DNA from: Octopus bimaculoides
Lineage: Eukaryota
Assembly (NCBI RefSeq): GCF_001194135.2
Contig: NC_068987.1
Location: 85,820,702-85,881,922 of the forward strand
DNA length: 61,221 nt
Direction of reading: 5' to 3'
Positions within the stretch are counted from its first letter, which is position 1. Every line of letters begins with the position of its first letter. The position numbers were made by a program, and so were the translations under genes. The notes under the pieces are model-generated. The model was not told the DNA's origin. It ran no database searches and saw nothing but the letters and a program-made list of their open reading frames with translations. Shown here piece after piece: positions 38,283-52,649 of the stretch.

Positions 38283-39187
38283 CATAACCCCGATATATTG
38301 GATACAAGGTAAGTCTACATTAGCTCACATATTTGTTTTCTTGTGATTTACCTTGCATTGACTTCGCATTGTTTAGGCCTTTTTTAAAAAAAGTTATGAG
38401 TGTTTGCTTCTCAAATATGCAGGTGATACTAAAGTTCGATACAATTTTATGAATATAGTTCAATAAAGGCAATTTTAATATATGTCACCGGCATCATTGA
38501 GGTAAGGAAGAAATTATCAATGACTCAGCTAATTTGCAATTATTTTAATTACGTCATCTGCATTAATTAATGCAATTATATCATGTAAACACTGTCCCGT
38601 AATATCTGAGACGATAAAGAAGTTTTAAAAAACGTTATGAGCATTTGTTTCTCAAATTTGAGGGTGAAAATATAGTTCTACATTTTTTTATGAATATAGT
38701 TCTATAAGGAGAATTTTAATATATGTCACCAGCATCATTGATGTAATTTTCAATAAGGTAAAATCTTAAATTATTACTTGACAGATTATTAATTAGCATA
38801 ATAGCATAGCCTGGAAAAAAAAAACATGGATTACTTGGGAAAATGTGAGCAATAGAAATAGTAATCTTAGATTATAAACCTGGAAAAGTACAGGAAAAGT
38901 TCAAGACAAGTTATTACATCTGGTGTAAAGTACACAACAAGAACATTTTTACTTAAAATATAGCATCTACGGATAAAATTTGAATATTAAAAATAATTCG
39001 ATTTTAATTTACAAATTAACAAATTAATAAAGTACTAGTATTAGTTTTTATAACCTATTCTCAAATTTCTAACTATTAATAATATGTATGCATATATACA
39101 TGTATATATGCATACATATATGTATGCATACACGTATGTATGTATATACATAAATGCGTGCGTGTCTGTATGTCTATATATATATAT

Positions 39188-39231
<44 letters not shown>

Positions 39232-40429
39232 ATATATATTCTGCGGTTGATGGTATGATCTTGCTCTTCTCCACAAACTGAGTGGCCTTGTGGCTAAGTT
39301 GGTTGCTATTAGCATCAAGTCGAAGTGGACGGTGTGACATAATTGTATGACCTTGCGAAAATTACTTTCGGTATTGTTCCTCTTCCATACGTCATAAGTC
39401 TAAACAGCACCGGCATCAGAGACTCCTTTTATTCTTTTTTAATTGATGAACAACAATCAATCAGAGAAATATTCATCTTTTAGGGGGGTCGATAATATAT
39501 AGCGTGCTAGGCAAGGAATAGTGGGGTCAATATAATCGATGAAACAGACACCTGCAAAATTGCTAATCTTGTGCTTTAACTGGAGATCATTATGCGGTGA
39601 ATGATTGGCAGAATCGATAATGTGCCAGACAAAATGCCCTATGGTATTTAGTTACATCCCTTTCCTTAATGTATTGCAATCTCGGACAAGCCATCTCTGC
39701 TTTTTATCTTTCGGCGATTGATTAAAAAATATAATGTTCAATTACTGGTTCCAATTTAACCGACAATATCCATGCCCAATATCTGCAGATAATATTTCTA
39801 AGAAATTTTGATTAACGTGATTTTGTATTACTTTTATTATGATTAACCTTTATACGTGTCTTTGTTTAATGAAATTATCATTCTTATCGTCAGGAAAGGA
39901 TAGAATTTAAGACACCAGGCACTCATCCTTGAGTCTGTTCCGAACGAAGTGCAAATGGCTGAAGACTAAAAAAATAAACGTTAATTTGGAAAATAAGGAA
40001 TGATCCCATAAACGGCTATCGAAACATTAAAAATGTCAGATGTGAGGCAATTTTCAGATAATTCAGGGAATTTTATACGATGCCATACTGTTCATTGTGA
40101 GAAAAACACCAAGGAAATCAATAAGAATATGGCAAAGTATATTGAAATGAGGAAAGAGTGTGGAAGCAACGCGATTTAAGTAAGGCGCCTCTCATTGAAC
40201 TGCACAACATATCACGTGCAGGAGACCATAATGATAGTTCAGGTAGGTGTATATTGTCATTAACTCAGGCGGTGAAAAAACAAAGACGTTGGCCAAGAGA
40301 CTAGAACCGTGGCATTGATTGGTGGAACTACTAAGAACCGCACACTTCCGTGTTAGCAGGTATACCAATTAGCTTACTCAACTCCAACCCACATAAATTA
40401 ATTACTGAACTTTATACTTATTCTACATA

Positions 40430-40827
40430 CTACGCTACTCTTTCTCTTTTTCTGTTATACTTGTTTCAGTCATTTGATTGCGGCCATGCTGGAACACCGA
40501 CTTTAGTTGAGCAAATCGTCCCCAGGACTTATTCTTTGGAAGCCTAGTACTTATTCTATCGTTCTCTTTTGCGGAACCGTTAAGTTACGGGGACGTAAAC
40601 ACACCACCACCAGTTGTCAAGCGATGTTAAAGGGACAAGTACGGACACACAAACATATACACACACATACATATATTTCAGTTTCCGTCTACCAAATCCA
40701 CTCACAAGGCTTTGGTCGGCCCGAGGCTATAATAGGAGACACCTGGCCAAGGTGCCACGCAGTGGGAATGAACCCGCAACCATGTGGTTGGGAAGGAAGC
40801 TACTTACCAATCAGTCACTCTTGCGCT
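40430..40827 (-). mobile_element. Full-length tRNA-derived SINE family B
   Basis: The minus strand has a tRNA-like head (tggtaagtagcttccttcccaaccacatggttgcgggttcattcccactg), an internal (TG)-rich stretch and the tail ccagcatggccgcaatcaaatgactgaaacaag. Confidence 0.9.
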
Positions 40828-41656
40828 AGCTTACAATTTTCCTATAATTTAATTTAGGTCGGGAGTTAGTCTACTAACTCTTTTTACACGCGATAAATTT
40901 CCCCTTTCGATTTTATGTTTTTCTATGCACTCTTCAAACCTATACATTATGTTGGTACGTAGTCCATTTACACTCTATATCGACAGATTCTAGATATAAA
41001 CTTTACTCTTATATTACGGTTTCCATTGAAAATATACGAACTTACAACTTTTAAATTAGTGCCATATAAGTCCATATAACTACACCGGATATCTCCAATA
41101 GCGATAACTCCCTCGCATTACACCGGCGGTCAACTAACCGAACAAACGGACACGTGAAAGTTATGGTAATAATTAATTATGAGACCCTAGATTCAACTAA
41201 CTCTCTTCTCATCTATCCTACAACTGATTTATTGAAATTTGAACTTAACTAAAACGCAAGACTATCGAATTCTTTTTCCCGATTTTCCATACACTTTCTT
41301 TCGCTCTATTCTCTTTTTGTTATCTTTGCCTTTTTCGTTCTGATTATGTCTATCAATTGCAACGAGGAAAATACATATTTACTCCAGTCTGATATACAGA
41401 AACAGCTGTAAACTTACTCTAACATACTCCGATCTTAATTAATGAATTAAATACTTGGTTTTATAACACCAAAGATGTACTTCTCATTGTTATTTATTTC
41501 TCCATTTTCTTATGATCTTTATGTACTTTAAACTACGGTTTACCTTCTAAATTAAATACTACCGTATACCTTATAACAAGAACCATACTCACTGAGGTAA
41601 TTATTAGGGGTGCTTTTGAATACATCTATCCCTTAGATGGTTTTATTAGCTCTAAC

Positions 41657-41710
<54 letters not shown>

Positions 41711-43089
41711 GTGTGTGTATATACATATATATGTATGCATACATATATATGTANNNNNNNNNNNNNNNNNNNNNNNNNNNNNNNNNNNNNNNNNNNNNNN
41801 NNNNNNNNNNNNNNNNNNNNNNNNNNNNNNNNNNNNNNNNNNNNNNNNNNNNNNNNNNNNNNNNNNNNNNNNNNNNNNNNNNNNNNNNNNNNNNNNNNNN
41901 NNNNNNNNNNNNNNNNNNNNNNNNNNNNNNNNNNNNNNNNNNNNNNNNNNNNNNNNNNNNNNNNNNNNNNNNNNNNNNNNNNNNNNNNNNNNNNNNNNNN
42001 NNNNNNNNNNNNNNNNNNNNNNNNNNNNNNNNNNNNNNNNNNNNNNNNNNNNNNNNNNNNNNNNNNNNNNNNNNNNNNNNNNNNNNNNNNNNNNNNNNNN
42101 NNNNNNNNNNNNNNNNNNNNNNNNNNNNNNNNNNNNNNNNNNNNNNNNNNNNNNNNNNNNNNNNNNNNNNNNNNNNNNNNNNNNNNNNNNNNNNNNNNNN
42201 NNNNNNNNNNNNNNNNNNNNNNNNNNNNNNNNNNNNNNNNNNNNNNNNNNNNNNNNNNNNNNNNNNNNNNNNNNNNNNNNNNNNNNNNNNNNNNNNNNNN
42301 NNNNNNNNNNNNNNNNNNNNNNNNNNNNNNNNNNNNNNNNNNNNNNNNNNNNNNNNNNNNNNNNNNNNNNNNNNNNNNNNNNNNNNNNNNNNNNNNNNNN
42401 NNNNNNNNNNATATATATATATATATATATATATAAAATGCTTATATGTATGTATGTGTCTATGGGTGTTAAGTCTGGTTGATGTAATCTGTAATCTTTG
42501 ATCGCATGTGTGAGCAATTAATTGCTAATTAATTTTTCTTCATCAAGGATCTCCATTGATAGAGTACGATAGGCAATTCCTTTGATATAACTGCACGATT
42601 AAACGAAGTGCAATTTATTGAATTTTGTATCTAAAGGCGAAATTAGATAAGTATAGAAAATTGAAATTTAATTGAGCACTAATATTCATTAAATAAGACT
42701 CAGTTTTGCATTTAATTTCCTCAAAATATTATATTAGGAACGCAACATATTCAGTCATCAAGTTTGCATTAATTTTATGTGTCTGTGTTTAGTTTTCGCT
42801 TCTGTTTCATATATAAAAGAAAAAATACTATAAAATATCATTTTGTTATTGCTATGCAATCTGTAATTTTTCTTGATTATTTCTAACTAGATTTAAGGAT
42901 GGGCTTTCAACGTTAATGTTTTCTAAATAAAAATAATTTGTATCAGGATTTTCAGTTTTTGATTAAATTCGCGAGAAGATTGTTTCTTGTACAAAAATAA
43001 AGAAAATCGATATTTATTTATCTCACAGATGTGTGTCAAAAATAATTCAATGGACTAACATTCTCTAATTGCATATGTGCTTATATAAA

Positions 43090-43720
43090 TGATTAGTTAT
43101 TATTATTCGTCTCGACTCAGGCTTGGCCTTGTTCCTGTTAGAATTTAATGTGGGTAACGCATTGCTGCCTGTAACATTAGATATCTATAATCGTTCAATA
43201 ACCCTCTGATAATCTTTCCTGTTCTAAGAGACAAGCTTTCTATAGAAGCTCTACTGAACATTCCATTCTAATCGCCTTTAACCATTTCTGTATATCATTA
43301 CTTACAGTCCTTAATGCACCAGTTATGAGTGGCACAGTTCTAAATATTCCGATTTCTCGCCACCTCAGATTTTAAGGGATTCTAATATTTTTTATTTTTC
43401 GTCTTTATTCACAATCCTGAAATCACACAAATATGGTGGATTGATCAGTAAGCAAACTCACTTTTTCTAATCTATTATTATCACTTCTAGCTCATTATTT
43501 TCAGTATTCTTATCCGTCTGAACTGAATAATCCCACAAAAACTTGCATTTTATTCGACTCAAGTAATCTTTCTACTCGATGATTATACGAAGTATACCAA
43601 CTTTAAGTCCCCATTTCTGACCAAGCTTCCACCGCAGGACTTTTATTCAATTTGATAATGCCCCTATTTCTTATGTTCCCTCTGAACAAACGTCGGCTAT
43701 TCTGCAACACTGTGAGCCAT
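43090..43720 (-). mobile_element. R4/Dong LINE endonuclease fragment
   Basis: DETMAH..., a WDYSVQTDK-like stretch, and VPLITGALRTVSNDIQKWLKAI...LL*KACLL..GKIIRGLL, with an (AAT)n tail. Confidence 0.85.
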
Positions 43721-43799
43721 TGTTTCATCCTAAAACATTATATTGATCGCCTCGACATCTTATTGACCGCCTCCCTATACACATATATTCTCAAGTTGT

Positions 43800-44340
43800 T
43801 CGTAATGCTTGATCTTGAGCTGTTATAATGAGGCACTCTGTTACTTTTCTCAATTGTCCTTTTTTTTCAATAAAACTCCGGATGATGAATGACACCTCCA
43901 TGTTTCCAGAGCTGAATTATTCAAACTCAAAAAAATTCCACTCAAAACACGGTTATGATGCTCCCCAGCTACTTATGTTCGTGATCAGTGATGCACATAG
44001 CGTCAGCCACTGAGGAGCATGTTCAACCGATCATGGTCTTGTAACTGACTAGCAAATATGTGGTATGAACATTTCCTGCAGCCCATCGTTTGTACAAATA
44101 CAAAATACGTACAGGATAACACTTGCAATCAGTCCAGATTAGAAGCCATGAGCATCACCACTTCGAATCTCTCACTGCAATAGCGTTTCTGGTTGTTGTA
44201 TCATGTAGTGCAATCATATGGAATTTTTCTATTGGAAACTTGCTGATGTAATCATTGGAATTTCTCAAATCTCAAAATTGTCCCCCATAATTTACATAAT
44301 AATATTCAAATTGTAATCAAAGCCTTTAACACCACTGTGA
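43800..44340 (-). mobile_element. Decayed Dong-type C-terminus plus long 3' UTR
   Basis: Homologous to 20640-21162. The coding resemblance is weak. Confidence 0.55.
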
Positions 44341-44409
44341 TATATTAATGATGATGATGATAATGATAATAAAACTAATAATAATAATGATAATAATAAT
44401 AATAGACCA

Positions 44410-46077
44410 ATAACATGCCTTCTGCTAATGTCGAAACTAATGTCAGGTGCTCTGGCTGGTGAAATGTACAGATACTTGAAAAAAGTTGGCTGCTACCCAT
44501 TGAATAGAAAGGATGCCGAAAAAGGGGCCGGGGAACGAAGGATCAGCTCTTAATTGATAATCTAATTGTTAGGAACTGCAAGAGAAAACATACACATCTG
44601 AGCGGGTTGACTATCGCAAAGCATACGATATGATACCGCACATCAGGTTAATAAGAACAAGGAAAATGTATGGAGTAGCAGAGAATATGAGAATCCTTAT
44701 GTAAAATAGCATGAAATACTGGAAAACGGAATTGACAGCAGGGAAGCAAGTACTAGGAGACGTGGAAATCAAGAGAGGAATCTTCCAGAGGGACAGTGTG
44801 TCCCCACTGATATTCGTGCTGTGAATGATCCCCTTGAGTGAAATACAAAGTCGGAGTATGATCTCGGAAAATTAAATCACTTGCTATTCATTGACGACCC
44901 GAAGCTATTCACGAGATCTGAGGTAGAACTGGCCAGCCTGGGCTAGTGTGCGCGGATTTTTTCCATTGATATTAAGATGGAGTTCGGTGTTTCAAAATAT
45001 GCTACGATGTTTCTGTGTCGAGGAAAGCTTGCCAGCACAGAAAGCATATGGAGGCAAAGTGGTGAAACGATGAAGGCAATTCAACCTCGATGCAGTCATA
45101 AATACATAGGAATACTTGAGGCATATGGAATCACACATCACAGCATGAAGCAAACGACAAAAAGAGTACACGCGATGAGGGAGAAAACTACTGACCTCAA
45201 AGTTGAATGCCAGAAGTATAATTTCGGCAATAAACTCGCCCGCAGTCGCAGTAGTTTGGTATGGCGATGGAATCCTGAAGTGGACAGAGGAAGATCTAAA
45301 GGAGATGGATAGGAAGTCAAGAAATCTCCTAAAGATGTATGGCGCCTGTCATCCACGTGCAGGCAATGATGGCTTATACATGAAGAAATCAATGGAGGAA
45401 GGGCTTGATAGGTGTGGAAGACTGCGGGCGTATCGAACTCAAGAACTTAATGAGATACCTAGCCCAAAGTAAGGACACCTTGCTAGTGACATATAGGAAC
45501 GAGTGAGTATTGAGAGCACAAAAAAGGGAACAAAAAGCACATCAAGAAGAATTTCGCAAGAAGGGGCTCCACAAACAGTTCCATGTAGCCACAGCAGAAG
45601 TTGCTGGAAAGAATAGGTGGGATTGTCTGATGAACGGAATTCTAAAAAAAGAGTCCGAGAGCACTATACTGGCAGCGCAGAACCGAGCTTTGGCCACGAA
45701 GTGGAATGTAAACCTGAGGAATGAGCAAATATCTCCGCTGTGGTGCCGCATCTGCAATAGAGTGGATGAAACCATTACCCATGTCATGAACGAATGCCCT
45801 AGACTTGCGCAAAACACCACCGAGTTATGGCGTTAAGACAGGTTAGCAGAAGTGCTACATTGGAAACTGCGAAAAGCGAGAGCTAGAGAGTGGCAAGACG
45901 TAGTGTGAGAATAAACCGCAGAGTGACGGAGTGGGACACTAGCAAAATCGTCTGGGATTTTCCAATCCAAACAGATCAGATGCTAGAGCAATAACAGACA
46001 GCACAAGTTGCACCACATATGCTATTTAGTTGAAGTTGCGTACTCCTTTGACTCAGTAATAGTAAAAAAGAAAACGA

Positions 46078-46140
<63 letters not shown>

Positions 46141-46420
46141 CAACCCTCTTACAGCTATGATGATTTGAAGTGAGAAATACGAGGGTTGTGGTCAATGAAG
46201 AGAGTAGACGTGATACCAACAGTAATTAGTGCATTTGGAAGTATCAGCAATCAAATACCAGCATTGCTGAAAAAGGTCAGTGTGAATTTGAAGGTACAAC
46301 ATCTATAAACATCAGTATTGCTTTGAACTGCAAGAATTCTTCGCAGGATTTTTGAAGCATGGCCAGCAAACAAATGTCATCTTAGCCTGCTAGTTGTGGA
46401 CAGCTGATACTCTCCGTCAT
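44410..46420 (+). mobile_element. R4/Dong LINE, RT to RLE, 5'-truncated and decayed
   Basis: IKRGIFQRDSVSPLIFV, NHLLFIDDPKLF, MEFGVSK, ILAAQNRAL, CRICNRVDETITHVMNEC (CCHC), VWDFPIQTD, VIPTVISAFG and TARILRRIF. It starts at an (AAT)n array. Confidence 0.93.
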
Positions 46421-46469
46421 AGCCAGCAAAATAAGTTGTATGGTTTCATATATTAATAATAATAATGCT

Positions 46470-48300
46470 AACATATGTCCTGACTGAATATACCTATAGG
46501 TTTTTAATAGAAAGTGGCATATTCCCTAATGAGGAAAAAGGACGTAAACGTGCATTCTATTGTTGATTGTTGTAAAGATCAGCTACTCGTCAATAAGATG
46601 ATCTTCGAAGATTGTCACAAACGACACAAAAACTTGTCAATAGCCTGGATAGACTATAAAAAAAGCTTTTGATTGCCTACCACATAGCTGGATTAAGAAA
46701 TGTCTGGAAGTCTATAAAATAGCGCATACTCTGCAAAACGTTTTGTCTGTAAGTATGAGATCATGGAGAAACACACTGACTTTGAACAGTGACAATGAAT
46801 ATGTTAATGCTAGAGATATAAGAATTTCATGTTGCGTTTTCCAAGGTGACTCTCCATCATCAATTCTCTTTTGTCTAGGCTTAATATCTCTCTCGAAATT
46901 GCTCAATGATGTACAGTAATTTACATGGATGATATAAAGCTCTTTGCAAAAAATGACCAACAACTCAAGGACTTACTAGCGACTGTTAAACAATTCAGTG
47001 ATGACATCAGGATGCAATTTGGCCGCGATAAATGTGCAAAAGCTACCTTTATCAAAGGAAAAATGACAGAAATATCCAACGTTAACCTTGACAAGCAGAA
47101 TGTCATAAAAGAGTCAGAATCTAGTGAAGGGTGTAGATACTTGGGCAGTATCATTACTTAGATACTCAGCAGATTTTGTTGACTGGACTAAAACTGGATT
47201 AGAAAAGATTGACAGAAGAACTACGAAGGAATTCAATATGAATGGAGAACTCCATCCAACGGCAGGAGTATCAAGATTATACCTGCCTAGAAAAGAAGGT
47301 GAAAGAGGGTTAATACCAGTAGAAAACTGTGTGGATTTAGCTAGAGTAGATATAGATTCCAATGTAGGTAATAGTGAAGAAAGTTTATTAAAAGCTGCTA
47401 GAGTCACATCAAGACATAGGGAAGCCAAAACACCAAACAAACTTAAAAACCAGAAAAATAATAGAAAATTATCTGACTGGTAGGAGAAAGCGTTTTATAG
47501 TAGATTCCCAAAGATGGTTGCAGTAAATTGTAGTAGTGAGACATGATTATGGTTTGCAGAAAGAAACGCTGAGCTGGGAGAGAGAAAGTTTGTCAATAGC
47601 TGCATAAAATAAAGCATTAAGGACTAATTGCATAACAGCCAAGCTGCACAAAAACCAAGTAGATTTTCAATGTAGATTATGCAAATCAAAAGAGGAAAGC
47701 GTTACTCATATAGTAAGTGAATCTAACATGCTGGCACAAAAAGAATACAAGAGACATGACAATCTAGGGAGAGTAATCCACTGTCAGCTTTGTAGAAAGC
47801 TAATATTTGAAAACACTGACAAAATGGATTGATCATGACCCTAATAAAGTACTAGAATATAAGAAATACATGATGTTGTGAGACTTTAACATTCACACCG
47901 ACAGACTAATAGAAGCCAGACGGCCTGATTTGGTAGTAGACGATAAAGAAAATAGAAAGTGCCAGATAATTAACTTTACTGTCAGAAACGATTAAAACAT
48001 TAATATGAGAAGTATAGAATTAATAGCAAAGTAACAGGATCTAACTATTGAATTACAGAGACTAAGGAAAGTGCACATAAAATGTATCTCATTAGTTATA
48101 GATGCATTGGGAACTATCTCTAAAGATCTGAAGAGCTGGATAGAGGAAATAGGCATAAAAACAGTTTGATACAGCTCCAGAAGACAGTGTTATTAAAGAC
48201 AACTAGAATACTTAGCGGGGTTCTTGGTATGTAAAGCTACTTGCTGTAGCCTGATAGGAGGGTTCTTGGCATCTAAGATCACTTGTTGTAGGCCAATGTT
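46470..48300 (+). mobile_element. Second R4/Dong LINE, RT to RLE, with an internal deletion
   Basis: NLSIAWIDYKK.FD..PHSWI, VFQGDS, YMDDIKLF, MQFGRDKCA, RLYLPRKEGERGL, CRLCKSKEESVTHIVS, ARRPDLVV and LQKTVLLKTTRIL. Confidence 0.93.
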
Positions 48301-51300
48301 TGGATTTTTTTCTTTTCCAACAATTTAATTTGTTGAGAGTATATGAAAATAATAACGACGACAACAGCAACAATATCAATTATAATAATAATAATAAACT
48401 AGACACTTGACAGAAAAATAGGGTAGTGTAAAAATTGCTTGACTGTAGCAGTCTATTTTCCATTGGCATTTTTGATGCGAAATAATTATAAGGAAGCTGA
48501 AGAGAGTCAACTCTCATGTGATATGATTTTACCGTCGGGAACATTGCCAGTTATTTATAGAACTTGGTAAAAATGATTGAGTGTCGTTTATGCTTTTTGC
48601 ATAATGATGGAAGTTAACTAGAGAGTGAGATTTTACAAGTTATCAATTTCTGTAAGGACTGATAGATTTTTTTTTATATTTTCCTTTTAAATTGTATTCA
48701 ATGAAATAAAAAAATGTAAATATACGAACTGATAAAGTATATTTTATAACAATTTATGACGTAAAAAGTGGACATTAAAATTAAATTTTTGTAGATTAAC
48801 GAAGGAAACTTTATTTTGGATGATAGAAAAAGAAACTTATTTGGTTTAATGCCAACAAGATAATGGAATGTATGAGAAGTTATTCCTAATTGTTATTAGT
48901 TCATTCATGACAGTAAATGTAAATTCTTTTTTATCGATTAGCAAACATATGTTGACTTATATTGATTTCTAACGCAACTACAAGGTCATATATTTTGGGA
49001 GATAGAGATGCCGGTGATATCGATTAACGTACTTGGATTGCATCTGATTTATAGGTCTCGAATCGATACTTATGAGAATTGGGCCCAGGAAATAAAGGAA
49101 TTTAAAATGTACCCTGCAAAATAATTGCTTGGCTTCGCTATCCGTTCCGATGATCCATCGCCTGCAAATGGGGAATTATGTCAAGTAGCGTATGACAGAA
49201 CAAATTATATGACGAAATGGTGGTACTAACATTGCATGATTGCAATGAAACTGTAAAAGGGGAAGTTAAGCTTGTGATATCATTGAATATAAAATGTCAA
49301 TAGAAGTCATAAACTACGATGTAAGTTTTCGTCTCTAGGGATTCGTGTGTCACAATCATAACAACTGATGCACATTAAAACAAACATTAAATGCTAAAGT
49401 TAAGTATTGTAATGACTGAACATTATGTAAATTCACTATTCTATGGTCATAGAGGAAAGGTTAACGTCAACATCAAATCCTGTGTTATCCGCTCTGAAAA
49501 CATGAAATAGCAGGTAGAAGATACACTCAGAAGAACATAGAGATATATTAAATACAAGCTTGGTTCGTTAGCTATGGTTATACAATAACGTTCCATGATA
49601 ACAAGATATCTGTATACGAGCAAGAATGTAGTTAAGTACATGATGAGAAAGCTTGTTCTATAATATACTCGATATTTTGCAGCTATTTAATTCTTACCCA
49701 TTTATCTACAAAACAAGAGCAGCTTTAATACATTTCGCACATGCACACACATACATATAAAAGACACCGAAGCACATGCGAAATACATATACACGTGAAT
49801 CATACGATACATGATCCTGTCATAAACAAGCAACAACCACGCATCATTTGGACAATATACATACAGCATCAGATGGGCTGTCTGTTTGGAGAGTAAATCA
49901 TTAGATATATCTCTGCTACCTGTAAGAAAATCTCAACGCATAATCCACTTCCAATGACGCAAGATGTGTACAAACTGCCGAGAACTAAATAACGTATATA
50001 GAGATAACATCCAACACTGATGAGCATTCCCAGTTTGGTTTATCAATTCCAGGGTAAATATTTGTGTGCTGAAAGTACTGCTGTACTCCTCCACTGAATG
50101 CGATGAAGTGACGAAAGAACTCTGTAGGTATTTAGTTCTCTTCCATAGCAGCATTAAAGCTTCACAGACTCGCACAGATTCGAAACCTCCGGAAAAGACA
50201 AGACGTTTGTTGAATCAGGTGCTGCGACCAGGGGCCAGGTATATATATCCTGTTGAGTCAAACGTTTTACATTATTCGTCAAGTTACAACAAAAGCAGCC
50301 TAGCATTCAAAGGAGAGACCATTCGTTTCACCGTCTGAAGCCACTCTTTTCTGCCAGATATTATGTCCCAGGAGCATGCCAGTTTTTATCGTTTGAGATG
50401 AAGAATTCCTCCACAGAAACTTTCACCCACTTTTGGTTGATGAAGCGTCGCAAGCGCATATACTAAGCCATGGATGGGAACAAACTGAACACGCGATGCC
50501 GTTGTACTAGTCGCCGTTTTCCTTGTGCAAGATGTGATGGCTTGATTTCTCAGTAGCTTCAGGCAACTTTACAGCAACATCGTCTTTCTGCTTCGCAGCA
50601 GTCCCAAGCATACTGGGTGTCGAGTGAACCCTCATCTTCTAACACTTATCCCTGCAAGTAGCTCTGTTGCTTTCCAAAACAGAAACAATCTGACTGTCAT
50701 TTCAACCTGCAAATATGCTTTCTCATAGAGATCAGCTCTATACTTCACATGAAGGTTCAAACAAATGAAACTAAGCCAAAATAATGCGGAAGAATTAAAA
50801 TAATTACGAAATGGTACTGATACATTTACAAATACAGTAATTAAATAACAACGATTGTCAAACATGGTTAAACAAGAACTTTCTGTGAAAGGAAGATATC
50901 TGTAAATGAGGAAGAAATTTTGATAAGGATGTGATCCGGAATTTCGTTATATAATATACCCAACATGTTATTGCTATTTTATTTATATCCACAGATCTAC
51001 CAAAACTGCATAGATCTACCAAACTAGAACTGCTATAATACATATCATGCATATATACACATATGCGTAGAGATTAAGACAAATATGCAAAAGAACAACT
51101 CTTGCCGTAAAAGGTCCAGCCTTTATTCCAAACCAGTGAAAATCGTATATCTTCCGCAAATAAAAAAATATGGTATGCTGTCTACAAATTTAAAAATACG
51201 AAAAAATGCTTGGGGGCAATTGCCTAATAAAATTCTAATCAGAAATTGAAAAATTATATATAGAGAGAGACTCGAATACATGTAGACAAATAACCACAAA

Positions 51301-51342
51301 TACTATCTTACATGTACGTGCACCAACGTTATACGGCTATGT

Positions 51343-51960
51343 ATACAGGCGGTCGCATGCTCAAGCGGTTATACATAAAAAAACGTGTATGTATTCTGCT
51401 GATTGGTCAGCTATTTTTCTTTGAAATTGGAGAGATATTTTTCTTTCTAATCATAGGTAACAGTCTTGTATGGATCCAAGATATTTCCAACACTCGCCAC
51501 GGCTCCAAATACCATCACAAAGGCAGGATTCTTAGTATCAAAAACAGCGAGGGTGTGAGAATGGTTGTATGTAATCACTCGAGAATTCCTGCGTTTCACC
51601 TCAGCGCTCACAGCAAACTTCTTCTCGTCCACAAACACGATTGTTTTTCCTGCATCTTGATGCTTGATGAATGACAGAAGCTTTTGGTATCTCTCGGTTC
51701 TGATTGCTTTGGCCTTAGGAGTTAGGAGGTGACAGCATCGTCGAACAGAGCTTGTCATACCCAGGTTCTTGTTCACATCTCTGGATACCGTGGAATTTGT
51801 ATTAATAAAAGTAGTCACAGGTATAATGTCATCATTGTAGATAAACACTGAAAAGTGAATATAGAAGTTTTTCTATTTTCTTACCAGGTTGCAACCCGAA
51901 CAAATACCACCGAGTTTTGTGGTAGCAATCGATGTCTCAGAGCAACGCAAACGTTAAAGC
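51343..51960 (-). mobile_element. Tc1/mariner transposase remnant, maT (DD37D)-like
   Basis: ORF 51447-51848 has TIVFVDEKKF.V..EV.RRNSR...TKNPAFVMVFGAVAS.G, matching FSDEK.F...N..N.R...TK.PASVMV.G.V.SDG. It is truncated before the second and third catalytic Asp, so the spacing cannot be checked. Confidence 0.8.
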
Positions 51961-52649
51961 AGTGAACTGATGATTGGCTATGCAGTACTAAGTGGATCTG
52001 TAACTAAACTTTGGAATAAAGTTGTAGGCTACTTGTGAAATTTGTCATTAAGTATGGCAACTAAGATTTAAGATAACACTTTAAAAAATATCTGATAATA
52101 AAAAAAATCTTCAAATAACCCAGCCCGCTCATGCAGTTCCGCACTAAGTCACGTAAACAAGCAGGAGATTTTTCTGAGTCTACGTCAGGTGATGTTTTAT
52201 TTTGTTTTTCAACGTGGAATCTCAGACTGCTTCACAAAATGTTATTTTCACGCAAAAACGTTTTTTCAACTGAAAAATGTTTCTGTATTTTAAGCAACCT
52301 GGGTGTATTTTACTCCATAGTGTGTTTAGTTCTGTATGAAATGTTAATTAGCCGATCTATTCTTTTTATGGTCTACTGTTGCTATCAGAATTTCTAACTA
52401 ACAGCGTCTTGAGAGACATAGCAAAATACCATTTATCATGGGAGAGTGGAACGGGACCAGACTAAATTTTAGTGGGGAGTCATTTACGAGAATATATAAT
52501 ATATTAACATTCGTAGTTGTTTCTCTGTGCTTAAAATTACATAATCTTGTTACTTGTTCTTATTCAAGGCAAATAAAAGTATTTAAAGATAAACATCAGG
52601 TAGGGTGATTTTGTAGCATCGGAAGCTATTTTTCAAACGCTTAACATTG

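Noticed and set aside
49930-50100. GIDKPN peptide resembling a RecQ helicase motif
   Set aside because: A six-residue match with stops and no flanking motifs.
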